Assembly (NCBI RefSeq): GCF_006345805.1
Contig: NC_043005.1
Location: 94,674,001 to 94,738,000 of the forward strand
Length of the DNA stretch: 64,000 bases
Direction: 5' to 3'
From: Octopus sinensis
Lineage: Eukaryota
Shown here: positions 40,680 through 52,442 of the stretch, one piece after another
How the letters are laid out: the number at the start of each line of letters is the position of its first letter
Numbering within the stretch: the stretch's first letter is position 1
Program-made: the position numbers and the translations under genes
Notes under the pieces: generated by a model
The model's input: only the letters and a program-made list of their open reading frames with translations
What the model was told of the DNA's origin: nothing
Database searches by the model: none

Positions 40680-42540
40680 ATGTCTAGAAATTTTATTGTT
40701 GAACGCTGGTCGCGTTCTTTTTTGGAACAACATTTTCCTAGTCTGGAAACGACAGAAAAAAAAAAGAACGTTCGCACGGAAAATGCCAACGTGAAATTCG
40801 GTGAAAGGAACGCTGCAACCACGTGCTTTAACAGCCCTGTCACCACCGCCACAACCACCACTAACAACAGCAACCACGAGACAACAACTGCTACCACCAC
40901 CACCTCCACCACCACCACCACCACTACCACGACCAACATAAATGATAAAAATAAAACTGAAACGAAAACTATTGACAAAAACAACAGCAACAACAAGAAC
41001 AACAATAAAAATGAACTATCTAATAGTGAAGATGCTAATACAAAAAAGTCAACAACAGTAAATTTCGCAGATATTCTTCGCCAGAAAAAGGAGATTGTTA
41101 CATTCACAAATGAAGAGCTCATAGAAACAAGAGCTCTCTTTACAACCCGTGGACAAGATTTAGTCCTGCATACACCTCAACATATAAAACAAGAAATAGA
41201 AAATAAGACAATTGTATATAAAATTATTAGAAAAAACAAAAAACCAAATGAACAGATTACAAAAACTGATGTGGAGAAATGTTTAAAAAATATAATGAAA
41301 GAAAAAGAGTATATAAACTGGGGTCCACAGTTTAACACAGTAGTGGTCCGCTTCCCTAACCAGGAAGTGGCAAAAGCTCACTCTACTGAGTCTCTGGGAA
41401 ATGATGAAATCATCATGGTCCCTTATTATAAAAACCAGAGGGTGAGTAGAATTACTATCAGAAATGTACCCCACCCCCGATATGCCGAACAAATGGATAA
41501 CAGGGGCAATCTGTTACCACTTGAAAATGATCAATATTCTAGAAACAGCCGTGTACCTAAACGACAATTGGGGTGGAAAAACAGTAGTTGTGACCATCCA
41601 GATTGAGGGGGCCTCTATCGAGAGCCTACCCGACAAGATATACTTGGAGAATGGGCAATGCCTATATGTTATGGCAGAAGGCAAAAAGCCTAGATGCTAC
41701 AAATGTGGCAGCCCCGAACATTTGATTGCCAAGTGCGATCTGGTACAGAAAAAACAAGAAAGAACAATTCAGAAAACAAATAAAATCCTTTGTTGCCAAC
41801 ACCAACACAACACACTCAATTATGGAACAACGCCAAGAAAAAAACAACAACCCCAACAACATCACCAAGAAAAACAGTACCAACACAATCACCGTTGACG
41901 TCACAACTAATTAAACTTGTTGAATCTTCAAAAAATCGACCCACACCCAGGACGACAATTAAAAAGACAGAAAACACTGACGAGAAGACAAATGCTACCC
42001 CTAACACCACAACAACACAAACACCGCACAAAACATCAACAATTTATACAAGCATACATAGTGATCCTGTTCTTTTTCCTCTACCCCATACTGATACCTC
42101 GGACGACGAAAGTTCGACGGAATGGCAAATAGCCACAGGGGGTAAAAGAAAAAGATCCAAAAAATCCACCAAACAAGGAATTAAAAAGGGAGATATCTCA
42201 CTCAGGACAACATTCCCCTAGACAATCAAAAAGTAATGAACCCGTAAAACCACACACACAACTAACTGCAATAGACACAGACAATAAAGAATTAATGGAC
42301 TACATCAAATCTAACATGGTCGTCTGTGAAGATGATTTTAAGACAAACAATCATCCGCACACCACACCACCGAAACACATCAGAATTTTACACATAACAC
42401 GAGCACAACACCACATACTGAAAACATTATTTCCGAATGCGGTAGGCGGGTATCAACGATACCTGTCGAAAAAACTATACAAACACCTCATCAAAAACGA
42501 TACAAAAGAAAAGAAGAAAAAAATGAAACTTTTAAAATGA
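40680..42540 (+). pseudogene. ORF1 of copy C (about 620 aa once frameshifts are bridged)
   Basis: Track pieces 40680-41606, 41464-41898, 41790-42221 and 42295-42540; knuckle CYKCGSPEHLIAKC; homologous to copy B ORF1. Confidence 0.88.
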
Positions 42541-42544
42541 GTAA

Positions 42545-42581
42545 GTGACCTCACTTCTTGCCTCTTGTTTCTCTAATATAG
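42545..42581 (+). promoter_or_regulatory. Putative splice acceptor in the inter-ORF spacer, upstream of the ORF2 ATG
   Basis: CCTCAC branch-like motif, TTCTTGCCTCTTGTTTCTC pyrimidine tract, TATAG ending 42581; the first downstream ATG (42614) opens ORF2. Confidence 0.4.
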
Positions 42582-42613
42582 TGTGTAAAACACAATTTTC
42601 GTAATTGTCAAGT

Positions 42614-45600
42614 ATGCTTAAATTAGGTTGTGTGAATGCGCGTGGCTTGGCGTCGGCTTGGAAGCAAGGTTACCTTCTAAACGACATCAAGTCACTGGAC
42701 GTGGATATAGTAGCTATCAGCGAAACCAGACTCAGTAAGCCGCGGGCCCTCGAGTCCATGTTTGGCAATCAATTTGACATTTATTTTTCTCCCTGTCTGC
42801 CGAACATGGGTGGTGGAGGTACTGCGGTGCTTTTTCGAAAGAGTCTAAAGGTAAAAGTAAGAGCAATATTCCTAGACCCGGAGGGTAGGCTGGTTGTCTT
42901 GGACGTGGATGGCAGAAATGGGTGTGCATTCCGTCTGATGGCAGTTTATGCACCGTCCTTAACGGGTCGGGCGGATTTCTTCAGACGTCTAGAGGTTTTC
43001 CTGGGTACGTCTAGACCTTTACTGTTAGTAGGGGATTGGAACGCTACCTTGGACACGCATCTAGATTATGTGGGAAGGGATAGGAATAGAAGGGGGTGTA
43101 AGAGCCTCAAAGACCTGCTCAGACGTTTCCATTTGTCTGACAGGTTCCGACTCGACCATCCGAACGTGCCAACGTGGACTTGGACAAACCGCGTCGGATC
43201 GTCGAGATCTTATCTAGATAGAATTCTATGCAGGACAGCGGATAGGGATAGTGTAGGATGTCCACAATTTAAAATAGTCAGCTACACAGATCACAAATTT
43301 GTTACGTGTACGCTCGACTTAGATATGACACATAGACAGGGTCCCGGTTACTGGAAACTGAACACGTCGCTGTTAGCGCGACAGGTTTACAGGAACCGGA
43401 TTAGCGAGTTAATTAAGAGGGCGCTGACGGGAGCGGTCGTTAACAACCGCTGGTGGTACGCCCTGAAAATGGCAATAAAATCGGAATCAATTAGGTTTAG
43501 CAAGGAATTAGCGATAGAACGAAATAGAGTAGAGGGAGACTTAGTTAAGAAACTAGAAGAGGCACTTACCACTGGCAGCGCAACCAACGTGCTGGCTGCG
43601 AGGATGGCCCTCGACCAACACCTCAACGCCAAGCACGAAGGTTGCGTCGTCAGAGCTAAAATGCGTGCCTTAAGGAACGAAGGGATTGAAGCTGCGCGAG
43701 AGGCCCGGGTAGCGGAGGCGCAGCGTGGCAACAGATCAAACATTCGGTCTCTAATAGATCAACAGGGATGCAATTTACTCGAACCCGAAAGGATGTGTGA
43801 GGCCTTTCAACAGCACTTTGCTCGACTGTTTGGTGCGAGTGGTGGGTCGGAACGAGGGATGGATTTCAGTGCCTACCTGACCGACCTGCCGCGGCTCTCG
43901 GCAAGAGAGGCGGAGTGTTGTGAAAGTCCCATCACAGCCGCTGACGTGTGGGATGCGATGGCGGGCTGCGCGAGGGATAAGTCGCCTGGATTGGATGGTT
44001 TACCCTACGAGCTGTATTGTCGAATGCCAGACTTGTTTGGCGACCTCTTGGCATCAGTCTACTGCAACTGGCAACAAAACGGGAGAATCCCCGGTTTCGT
44101 GAGCCGAGGTGCAGTGACGTTGCTGAAGAAAGACTCAAACAAGGGGAATTTTATAGATAATTTCAGGCCCATCACTCTGCTCAACGCAGATTTGAAAATT
44201 TTGGCCAAAGTAATAGCCGAGAGGTTGGCGCTTGTCATTGGTAAACTGGTCGACAGGGCGCAAACATGCGCCGTGCCGGGCAGAACCATACATGACACCT
44301 CCATCTGATGCGCTACATTGTGGACAGGGTAGTTAAGGATCCTGGCATGGGTGGGGCGCTGATAAATTTGGATCAGTCTAAAGCCTTCGATAGGGTCGAC
44401 CATCGGTACTTGGCGGCCGTCCTCAGGGCGGCTGGCTTCGGTCCCGTCTTCCGCGGTTGGATCGCTGCCTTTATAGCGGCATCCGATCGGTGATTCGGGT
44501 GAACGGTCACCTGTCGAAACCGTTTGACATCACGCGTTCGGTCCGTCAGGGGTGTCCCCTGTCGGCGCTTCTGTATGTATTGACTCTCGAGCCGCTACTG
44601 CGGAAGCTGGCGACACTGAGGGGCATCCCACGGGAACTAGGTTGCGGGACGAGCGTGTCGGCATATGCGGACGATGTCACCGTCATAGTGTCGAGCTACA
44701 GCACATCGAGCTGGTCGGCGAGACACTAAGAAAATATGAAACGGTGACGGGAGCAAAGATTAACCCGGAAAAGTCAGTGGGTTTGCTACTCGGCACTGGA
44801 GAAGCAAGCCCATGCCGTCCGACTGCGGCTCAGTAGTGGGACGCTGGACGGACGGACCGGTTAAATTGCTCGGGGTCTGGTTCAGTCCGGACCTCCAAAT
44901 GGATAAGAACTGGGACGAGATCACGAGTAGAGTGGTCGCTCTCAGCCAAAAATGGGCCGAGAGAAAGCTGTCTCTAAAAGGCCGGGCGGAGGTGGCGAAC
45001 GCGTACATCGCATCCGTCATCGATTACCGCCTGACCGTCGTACCTTGTCCCGACGCCACCATCACCAAACTGGAACGCATACTTTTCCGCTTCCTGTGGA
45101 AGGGTGGCGTTCCGATGGTGAGGAAGTCCATTTGCTGTCAACATCCGTTGAATGGAGGACTGGGCATGCCGTGGTTGATGATGCGCAGGCATGCGCTGAG
45201 ACTGCGACATCTCTGGAAATTCATCGACGACGGTGAACAGGTGTGGGCGCCGTTTGTGAGGCGCGACTTCCCGCAGCTCGTCTCACTGACCGAACTGCAA
45301 ACGTGGACAAAAAAAGAGACCGAAACTGGGCGATTGGTACCGAGAGTGTCGCCAAGCTCTACAGCAGCTCTGCCGACCGGGGTCAAACTTGTGCAACTTC
45401 CAAACGACTAAAGCGTTCTATAGAGGACTAGTGGAGGGGAGGTCCGACGACACACTCGGGGCAAACCTGGGCGTCGACGAGGAATTCCTAACCCGCCTGT
45501 TCAGGACGACGTTCGGGCCGGGGCCTATGGATAACTTCCAGAAATCCCTGGCTTGGCAGTGCTATCGAGACGCACTACCTGTTCGAGAGGAGAGCTACAG

Positions 45601-46051
45601 ACACGGTTCGAAAACCATCACCGGACCGACCTGCCCGAGATGCGGTCAGAGCGACGAAACCGTTCTGCACGCACTCGTGCAGTGTCCAGATATTTCAGAG
45701 CTGTGGTCCTTCGTCGAACAGCTGTTGTCACGTGTAGGTCAGGCTCGCCTATCGGCCGAGTCTATCGTGAATATTGTTCCACCACCTTCCTTTAAACGGG
45801 AAGGGAAAACGGTTTAGGTTACGCTGATGGCTATGGCGAAAGAATGTGTGTGGTGGACGCGTTTGAAAGGACTGCAAACAAACATCTTCCTCTCTGGTCA
45901 GTCTCTCGTCAACTTTTTCAAGTACCACTTGAAAAGGAGGATGAGAATAGAGAGGAAGGCTTTGTCGAACGAATGTTTTAATAAAAAGTGGGTAAAAGTG
46001 GCAAAAATGGTCAGTATGAAAGACGACACTATTTTAAGCATAAATCTGTAA
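42614..46051 (+). pseudogene. ORF2 of copy C: APE endonuclease + reverse transcriptase + CCHC finger (about 1150 aa), several frameshifts and one TAG
   Basis: EN motifs LGCVNARGL, AISETR, VYAP, VGDWNA, SYLDR, TDHKF, YWKLNTSLL; RT motifs as in copy A; CPRCGQSDETVLHALVQC; in-frame TAG at 45815-45817. Confidence 0.93.
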
Positions 46052-46331
46052 CCAAAAGAGACAACGAGAAGTAAGGCGACTTACTCATGTGTTCTTTTTT
46101 GGTCTTTTTTGTAGGTTTTTCTTTCCAAGGCTACACCTAAACTGTGAACCTTATATATATATATATAGTGCTTTTTTATACACCACACAACCCACAGATC
46201 TCTATTGATCAAAGGTTTTTTTTTTTTTTTTTTTTTTGCCCCACAATCCCACCTCGAAAAGAAAAAATTCTACATTGTATTTCGTCCATTTTTTTATTCT
46301 GTGTTTAGCCCTGTGTGGCTACAATAAAAAG

Positions 46332-46332
<1 letters not shown>

Positions 46333-46406
<74 letters not shown>

Positions 46407-46459
46407 CCTACCTATCTACCTACCTACCTACCTACCTACCTACCTACCTACCTACCTAC

Positions 46460-46530
<71 letters not shown>
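46333..46530. repeat. (TATC)n-(TACC)n-(TATC)n array between copies C and D
   Basis: Direct reading. Confidence 0.97.
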
Positions 46531-46970
<440 letters not shown>

Positions 46971-47148
46971 CAACTGTTTAAATTTAAATAATAAAGGTGA
47001 AAAATTGAATATTAATTTGATAAATATCAATTTAAAACCAGTTGCCAATATCCAACTGTTTATATGGATATATATTTGCAAATATGTTTGTCTGTGCATG
47101 TTCCTCTTTCTATCAATTTCCTCCTCTTCTCTCTCTTTTTAAGTGCAC

Positions 47149-47189
<41 letters not shown>

Positions 47190-47707
47190 TCACTTGTAGT
47201 TCTGTATTGAAAGGAGCAGAGTGTGATAAGCTAAGCAATACAGCGTATATGAGATTTGGGTGAAAGATGTTGGAGTTCGGTGGAGTTATGGGCGGTGGAT
47301 GAGCCATGATGAGGAGATGTTGGTGAGAACAAGAAGAAGAATGAAGAGAGGCAGTTAAGGTGTGCATAGAAGTGTATGCGGGGAGTAAGGGAGTATGAGA
47401 TGGAGTAGTAAGGTGAAGTGGATTAGATACAGAGTCGGAAAGAGGCGATAGAGGGAAGGAAAAAGGAGGAGGGTTGTTCATAATGCTGGTGTTTAGCCCT
47501 AGGTCACTCCTGATTGCGAAAACGTTTGCCCTATTGTATCCCAGTCGTGACTATTCGATCTTTTATTCAGACATTGGATATCAAGAATATGATATTAAAT
47601 GTATCCTTTCTTTAAGGTAGTGCAGGATGTATGATTTAAGAGATGTATGTTTCGCTGCTGTTTTTAGCAAATCGGGAGACTACGTAGATTGCTCCCGCAT
47701 TAATGCG

Positions 47708-47740
<33 letters not shown>

Positions 47741-47746
<6 letters not shown>

Positions 47747-48081
47747 AAAGTAAGTGATGGCAAATAGCTAAAGTGAGAAGGTGGGCTGGAGAGAGTTAAT
47801 GTAAAAGAAAGAGGAAGGAGGTGAGATGTGAGGGAGAGAAAGATACTGTGTGAGTGTGAGTCAATTACAGAGGTTAGGGAGTATGAGTGGGGGGGGGAGA
47901 GAAGATGCGAGTGAAATGAAACATGTTGAGGTGGAGCTGCTGGCTTAGACGAGTTCACTCGTGAGTGACTGTATATGTGAACGTATGTTGTGCGTATGTG
48001 TGTGTGTGCGTGCATGCATATGAGTTATTGTATATCTGTACTTATGTTGAAAGTGTGTGTGCATGTGCGCGCATGTGAGTG

Positions 48082-48115
<34 letters not shown>

Positions 48116-48476
48116 GTGTGTGTGTGTGTGTGTTGTGAAACAAAGTAAGTGATGGCAAATAGCTAAAGTGAGAAGGTGGGCTGGAGAGAGTTAATGTAAA
48201 AGAAAGAGGAAGGAGGTGAGATGTGAGGGAGAGAAAGATACTGTGTGAGTGTGAGTCAATTACAGAGGTTAGGGAGTATGAGTGGGGGGGGGAGAGAAGA
48301 TGCGAGTGAAATGAAACATGTTGAGGTGGAGCTGCTGGCTTAGACGAGTTCACTCGTGAGTGACTGTATATGTGAACGTATGTTGTGCGTATGTGTGTGT
48401 GTGCGTGCATGCATATGAGTTATTGTATATCTGTACTTATGTTGAAAGTGTGTGTGCATGTGCGCGCATGTGAGTG

Positions 48477-48510
<34 letters not shown>
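47741..48510 (+). repeat. Tandem duplication, period 395 bp, each unit bounded by (TG)n
   Basis: TGAAACAAAGTAAGTGATGG starts at 47741 and 48136; unique parts look identical. Confidence 0.92.
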
Positions 48511-48521
<11 letters not shown>

Positions 48522-50056
48522 TGTGCTTGTGTGTGTGTGTGCTTGTGTGTCTTTTCAAATCACCTGACAAAGGAAGATTATGCACCCAGAAATCGTCTAT
48601 CGAACCGACACAAGTAGCATTGAATCCACCCATCATAATGCATGGACACAGTAGTTACCCAGTGGACTCAAGGGTGTAGGAACCCAATACATATTGGTGT
48701 AGTTGCCTATGTAGGGGCACCAGTGCGTTGCTTTTCCCGAGACAGGGCCCAGTGATCTTGTTAAGAGAGGCCTGTATACAGGCATCAACTGAGATAGTAT
48801 GCCTGGATCGTGCCTCTTCTACTAGATTCTCTACGGACGGCTAATCCAAGGTCAGCTCATGATTGGAAAAAAAAATCAAAGAATTGATTCAAAGACCAGT
48901 TGAAGATGAGCTTGAAGCGGAGAAATATTAAATCTTCAAGAGTGGGAGTTATCGCTATTTGTCGTTCACTAACGCATTGTGACTGATGGAGAGTAATTGA
49001 AGATGTATATCTTTTGTCATTTATTTGTTTCAGTATTTGGAGTGCTGTAGCACTAACCTCAAGCGTTTAGTCTAACAAACTGATCCCAGTAATAATTTTT
49101 AAGTAGGGTACTTATTCTGTTGTGCCGGTATTGTCGGACGACTAAGTTATGGGGACGTATACAAACCAAATCTTGTTGTCAAGCAGTGATGGGAGCAAAC
49201 ACAAATACAAAAGCACACAAATTCACACAAATTCACCCCCCCCCCACACACACACATTAGCTACTCGTATTCAATTATTATTCAAGGCTTTGTGAGTCCG
49301 TCTCTGTGATTTTTACAAAGACTAACAAGTACGAGTAAAATACCTCCATCAAAACTTGCAAGGAGTTTGGTAAATTTGCCAACGAGTTATGTGCATGCTC
49401 CTAACAGGACTATTTCGAAAGAGATTATAGCAAAATATAGGTAATACATGAAATGTATTATTAATTGGAGTAATGGGGATTTATGGTATTGAATCGTATA
49501 TTATATAAGATGTCCTGTTTTAAACCAGTATAATGTGATATAAGAGAGATTCGGTTACTATTTGTTGCAAGAAAGTCGACCACAGAAAAGCTGCCATAAT
49601 CCGTAGGTGTATGATTGTGCGTGCTTCGGTGTGCGTGTGTATATGTATTGTCATGGTAGGCAAGACAGGCAGTCTTTATCCAAAGCAGAAGTATAAATAT
49701 TAGTTTTTAGATATATGAAGTACACTATATTATAGAAATGTTAATTTCATAAATAGAAATCAATGGGTAATTCAGTAAATGATTAATATTTTGAAGTTAG
49801 GCACAATATCCGCTGCCTTTCAAGTTCAATGAATATAGATACATTAAATATAGTTTTCATGAAATGAAAATATATTCCGTTACTGTTAAGTGCCATTACT
49901 GTGTGAGGTAGGTGCGCGCGCTTGTTTATATCACGCGATTGTGTTTCCGTTCTGTGTACGTTTACCCCTGTTTACCGAGTTAAGTTTGATAGATTTCATT
50001 TCATGTTAGCGTACGAAATGATAATAATATATGTATGTGCGTGTAATATATATAAA

Positions 50057-50121
<65 letters not shown>

Positions 50122-50231
50122 CACATATATATATATACACACATGCAAACACGCATACAAATTCACACACACACATACGTAATATTTGTGCAAATATATA
50201 ATGTATATATATGCATATATACATATACATA

Positions 50232-50276
<45 letters not shown>

Positions 50277-50384
50277 ATACACACACAAATATATATATAT
50301 ATATGTACATATCTACGTTCGTGTATGGCCGTTTGTGTGCGTGTGTACGTGTGTGTGTGTGTGTTGTGTGTGTGTGTGTGTGTG

Positions 50385-50567
50385 TTCAGAACACGGAAAA
50401 GGAAACCCTGCTGCTCCATTGGAGAACATTCGTGCTCAGTCGTCTGGATTTCTGCTCCCAATTATGGTTGTTACAAAGCGTCACTACAAGAAAATTGCCT
50501 CGATGCAACAGCTAGGCTGCTGGAAGAGGCCAAAAGCACTGAAGCACTAATACTTTGAGAGAAGGCG
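50385..50567 (+). mobile_element. Degraded CR1-group LINE fragment
   Basis: [24 protein letters not shown] aligns to DQETMMVLWRTLVLSHFDYCSQLW of the 20.7-22.6 kb LINE. Confidence 0.7.
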
Positions 50568-51736
50568 TAGCAATCCCTTCAAAAGTTCATCTGAAATAAC
50601 CCCTACAAACCTATGCAGCTTCAGACACCCAACTTCTTGTCCTTTAGATCACCGCTGTCTCACAATAAACATTGTTTATAAGTGTACAGTACTTTAACTA
50701 CTCATATATCGGCTCATGTAGCACCACCATCAAAGCTAGAGTGAGCTAGAGTTATTTCTCACTACATTTATATCCTCCTCTCCTTCTCTGCTCTCTACAC
50801 ATTCTGATTGAATCTTCCATGTGTTAACATGTACCTCCTTGCGACAATGTAAACTTTCATTTAATCAAGACATCCTTGGCCTGAAGAGTATCTTCAGGCC
50901 AATCATATATATAAAAAATCATATATCTATATGATATCATATTTTTTAGATATATGATGTTATTCATAGAATCAGTAAACTAGGGTTTCAAGTTTAATTT
51001 TAGGAATAACTGACTTAACATATTCATCCACGTTCTCACTCACACGCACACATATGGGATATATGCTGTGAGTTACACTCAGTAAATTACTCCAAAATAT
51101 TCACACAAAGATACACCGAAATACACTAGAGTAACCGTAATAGAGTTAAACATATAGAATAAAATAAACACGCTGATATACATGCAATGCGTGTATGTAT
51201 CATAACATATGAATGTGATGGTGTGTATAATAGCATGTGTTCATCATAGTCTACTTATATCATGGTGTGCACATTTTTATATTTTTATACCAGTGTGTAA
51301 GATAGCAAGTCTATTATAGTGTGTATTTTATATTGTCTGCATTTAATAGTGTATGTGTTTACATGTAAATACACGCATATACAGACGAACACATAAACAT
51401 AGACATTAACACACACACACACACACACACACTAAAATGCTCATAACACATACAAACATACACTAAAATTACTCATTCTAGCACACACACACACACACAC
51501 ACACAGATTTACTCACTTAATTACCCATTCTAACGAGCACACACTTAATTGGTAATTACTGATACTTCTGAATATAACAATATTGATTTCTTCTTTGATA
51601 CGAGGTCACAATTATTAGGATCAATAAAATAAATACTTGACCGGTACTTATTTATCGATCCCAGAAAGATAAAAGGCTGAGGGGATCACAACAGATTTTT
51701 AAATACAGCGAGATGTATTCTAGTGCACCCCTGATT

Positions 51737-52442
51737 CTAGTCATTACTTACTTCTTCAACTGCTTCTACATCATCCTTTGTTTGTTTTAACTCACCCTTT
51801 GGGCCATGTCGCTTTCCTCCGACCCGTTTCTCGTCTTCCTCCTCCTTATCATCATCACCATCAACGTCGTCGTCGTCGTCATCATCATCTCCATCCTCTC
51901 GTTTACTGTGTCTCACATCTCAATTTGTGTGTGAGTTAAACTTACCTGTATTAGGTCGGCCTAATACATCACCCTGTTTAACAACGCCACCTGGTTGCCT
52001 TTGCTTCACTTTAATAGACTTTACACCTGGAGCAAGTTTTCGAGCCAGACTCTCGGTTCATCCCATACTCGCATTTTCCTTTATAAATACCGTCAATCTC
52101 ACCAATCTAGGAAGATGTGTAAAGTTTTCTGGTCAAGGTTCTCCTTTCCTAATCAATTTATTCTTATTCAAGAATGGATTGTTCCCGACGGTGGGAGAAT
52201 CCTCAGATCCCATTGAACAGCTATCGCCCACTCCAGATGGAGAAGCAACCAGTCCGCCCAGGCAGCTGAAATCAGGAGTAGGAAGACTGATGAATGTAGC
52301 GGTAGAAACGTGGATCCATAAAATAAAATGCTACAACTCACACAACACCGGGACTGCCATTCACGCATCGGACTGCTCAACCACAGACAACGCCGTTTCT
52401 GTAAAGCGGACAACTAGGAACTTTATAAAACAGGGTGATTGA
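51737..52442. other. Coding-like island, strand unresolved (possible host exon or pseudo-exon)
   Basis: Plus frame 51741-52439 has no stop for 233 codons; minus frame 52330-51740 has 197 codons broken only by 3 TGA and ends in an acidic, KR-rich region. Confidence 0.35.

Larger units (their letters stand above)
40483..46332 (+). mobile_element. Full-length Tx1/L1-clade non-LTR retrotransposon, copy C (about 5.85 kb)
   Basis: 5' UTR homologous to copy B; ORF1 with CCHC knuckle; ORF2 with APE endonuclease, RT and zinc finger; 3' end AATAAAAAGT then (TATC)n. Confidence 0.95.

Noticed and set aside
42541-42581. A 41-nt intron using the GTAAGT right after the ORF1 stop
   Set aside because: Very short for a metazoan intron and it would leave the stop codon in place; only the acceptor is kept as a hypothesis
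48560-48850. Candidate host exon in GC-richer unique sequence with a minus-strand CAG|GTGATT donor
   Set aside because: The best frame on each strand has an internal stop, and no acceptor or protein family was recognised
51990-52135. Cadherin-like (IKENASMG) or LRR-like (FTHLPRLVRL) motifs in the TGA-interrupted frame
   Set aside because: Single short resemblances without the other conserved residues of either domain
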